A DNA stretch of 60,705 nt, filler included, from Sphacelaria rigidula (Eukaryota), in assembly GCA_964200075.2 (NCBI GenBank). It is 8 parts of 8 records of this genome, joined end to end, with 100 filler letters (N's around TTAATTAATTAA, not from the genome) between each part and the next. Parts side by side here need not be neighbours in the genome. Positions count along the whole stretch, not along the records: positions 53,206 to 60,705 come from CAXNAA020014630.1; 7 more parts are not named here. One strand, given 5' to 3'. This document shows positions 60,662 to 60,705 of this stretch, in pieces (within the stretch, counting starts at the first letter, position 1; every line of letters starts with the position of its first letter). The notes beneath the pieces were generated by a model. The model saw only the letters and a list, made by a program, of their open reading frames with translations, made no database searches and was not told where the DNA came from. Position numbers and translations under genes: made by a program.

Positions 60662-60705
60662 CAACAAATTGTGCGAATTGAGGTTTAACTTTGAGATGAG
60701 GTTCA
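60662..60705 (+). repeat. Dispersed repeat end (family C), copy 3
   Basis: caacaaattgtgcgaattgaggttta...gagatgaggttca. Confidence 0.85.

Overview
This window is not one locus. It is eight unrelated, size-sorted contigs (5 x 7501 bp, 3 x 7500 bp) joined by artificial 100-nt N44-TTAATTAATTAA-N44 linkers. The DNA is eukaryotic: GT-AG introns of 0.2-2.2 kb, roughly balanced GC, and TTAGGG repeats. The style suggests a brown alga or related stramenopile, but that is inference. Host genes are five phase-consistent exons of an organellar-type valyl-tRNA synthetase (contig 5) and a large exon of tubulin-folding cofactor D (contig 4). Most of the rest is mobile DNA: (i) a six-exon DUF7869/Sola1-like DDD transposase pseudogene (contig 1); (ii) a Sola2-type transposase element (contig 2), whose GAG-initiated TIR is related to that of a ~250-bp MITE found in three other contigs, one copy with a clean 4-bp TSD; (iii) a deleted Ty3/gypsy element with an 88-bp tandem array; (iv) a truncated Ty1/copia element; and (v) two LTR families. 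The most unusual signals are a heavily decayed family-B DNA polymerase amid compact ORFs and palindrome clusters (contig 3, a candidate endogenous DNA virus, bracketed by an inverted ~68-bp repeat) and a co-oriented cluster of unrecognised ORFs (contig 8). All motif calls were made by eye; no database search was run.
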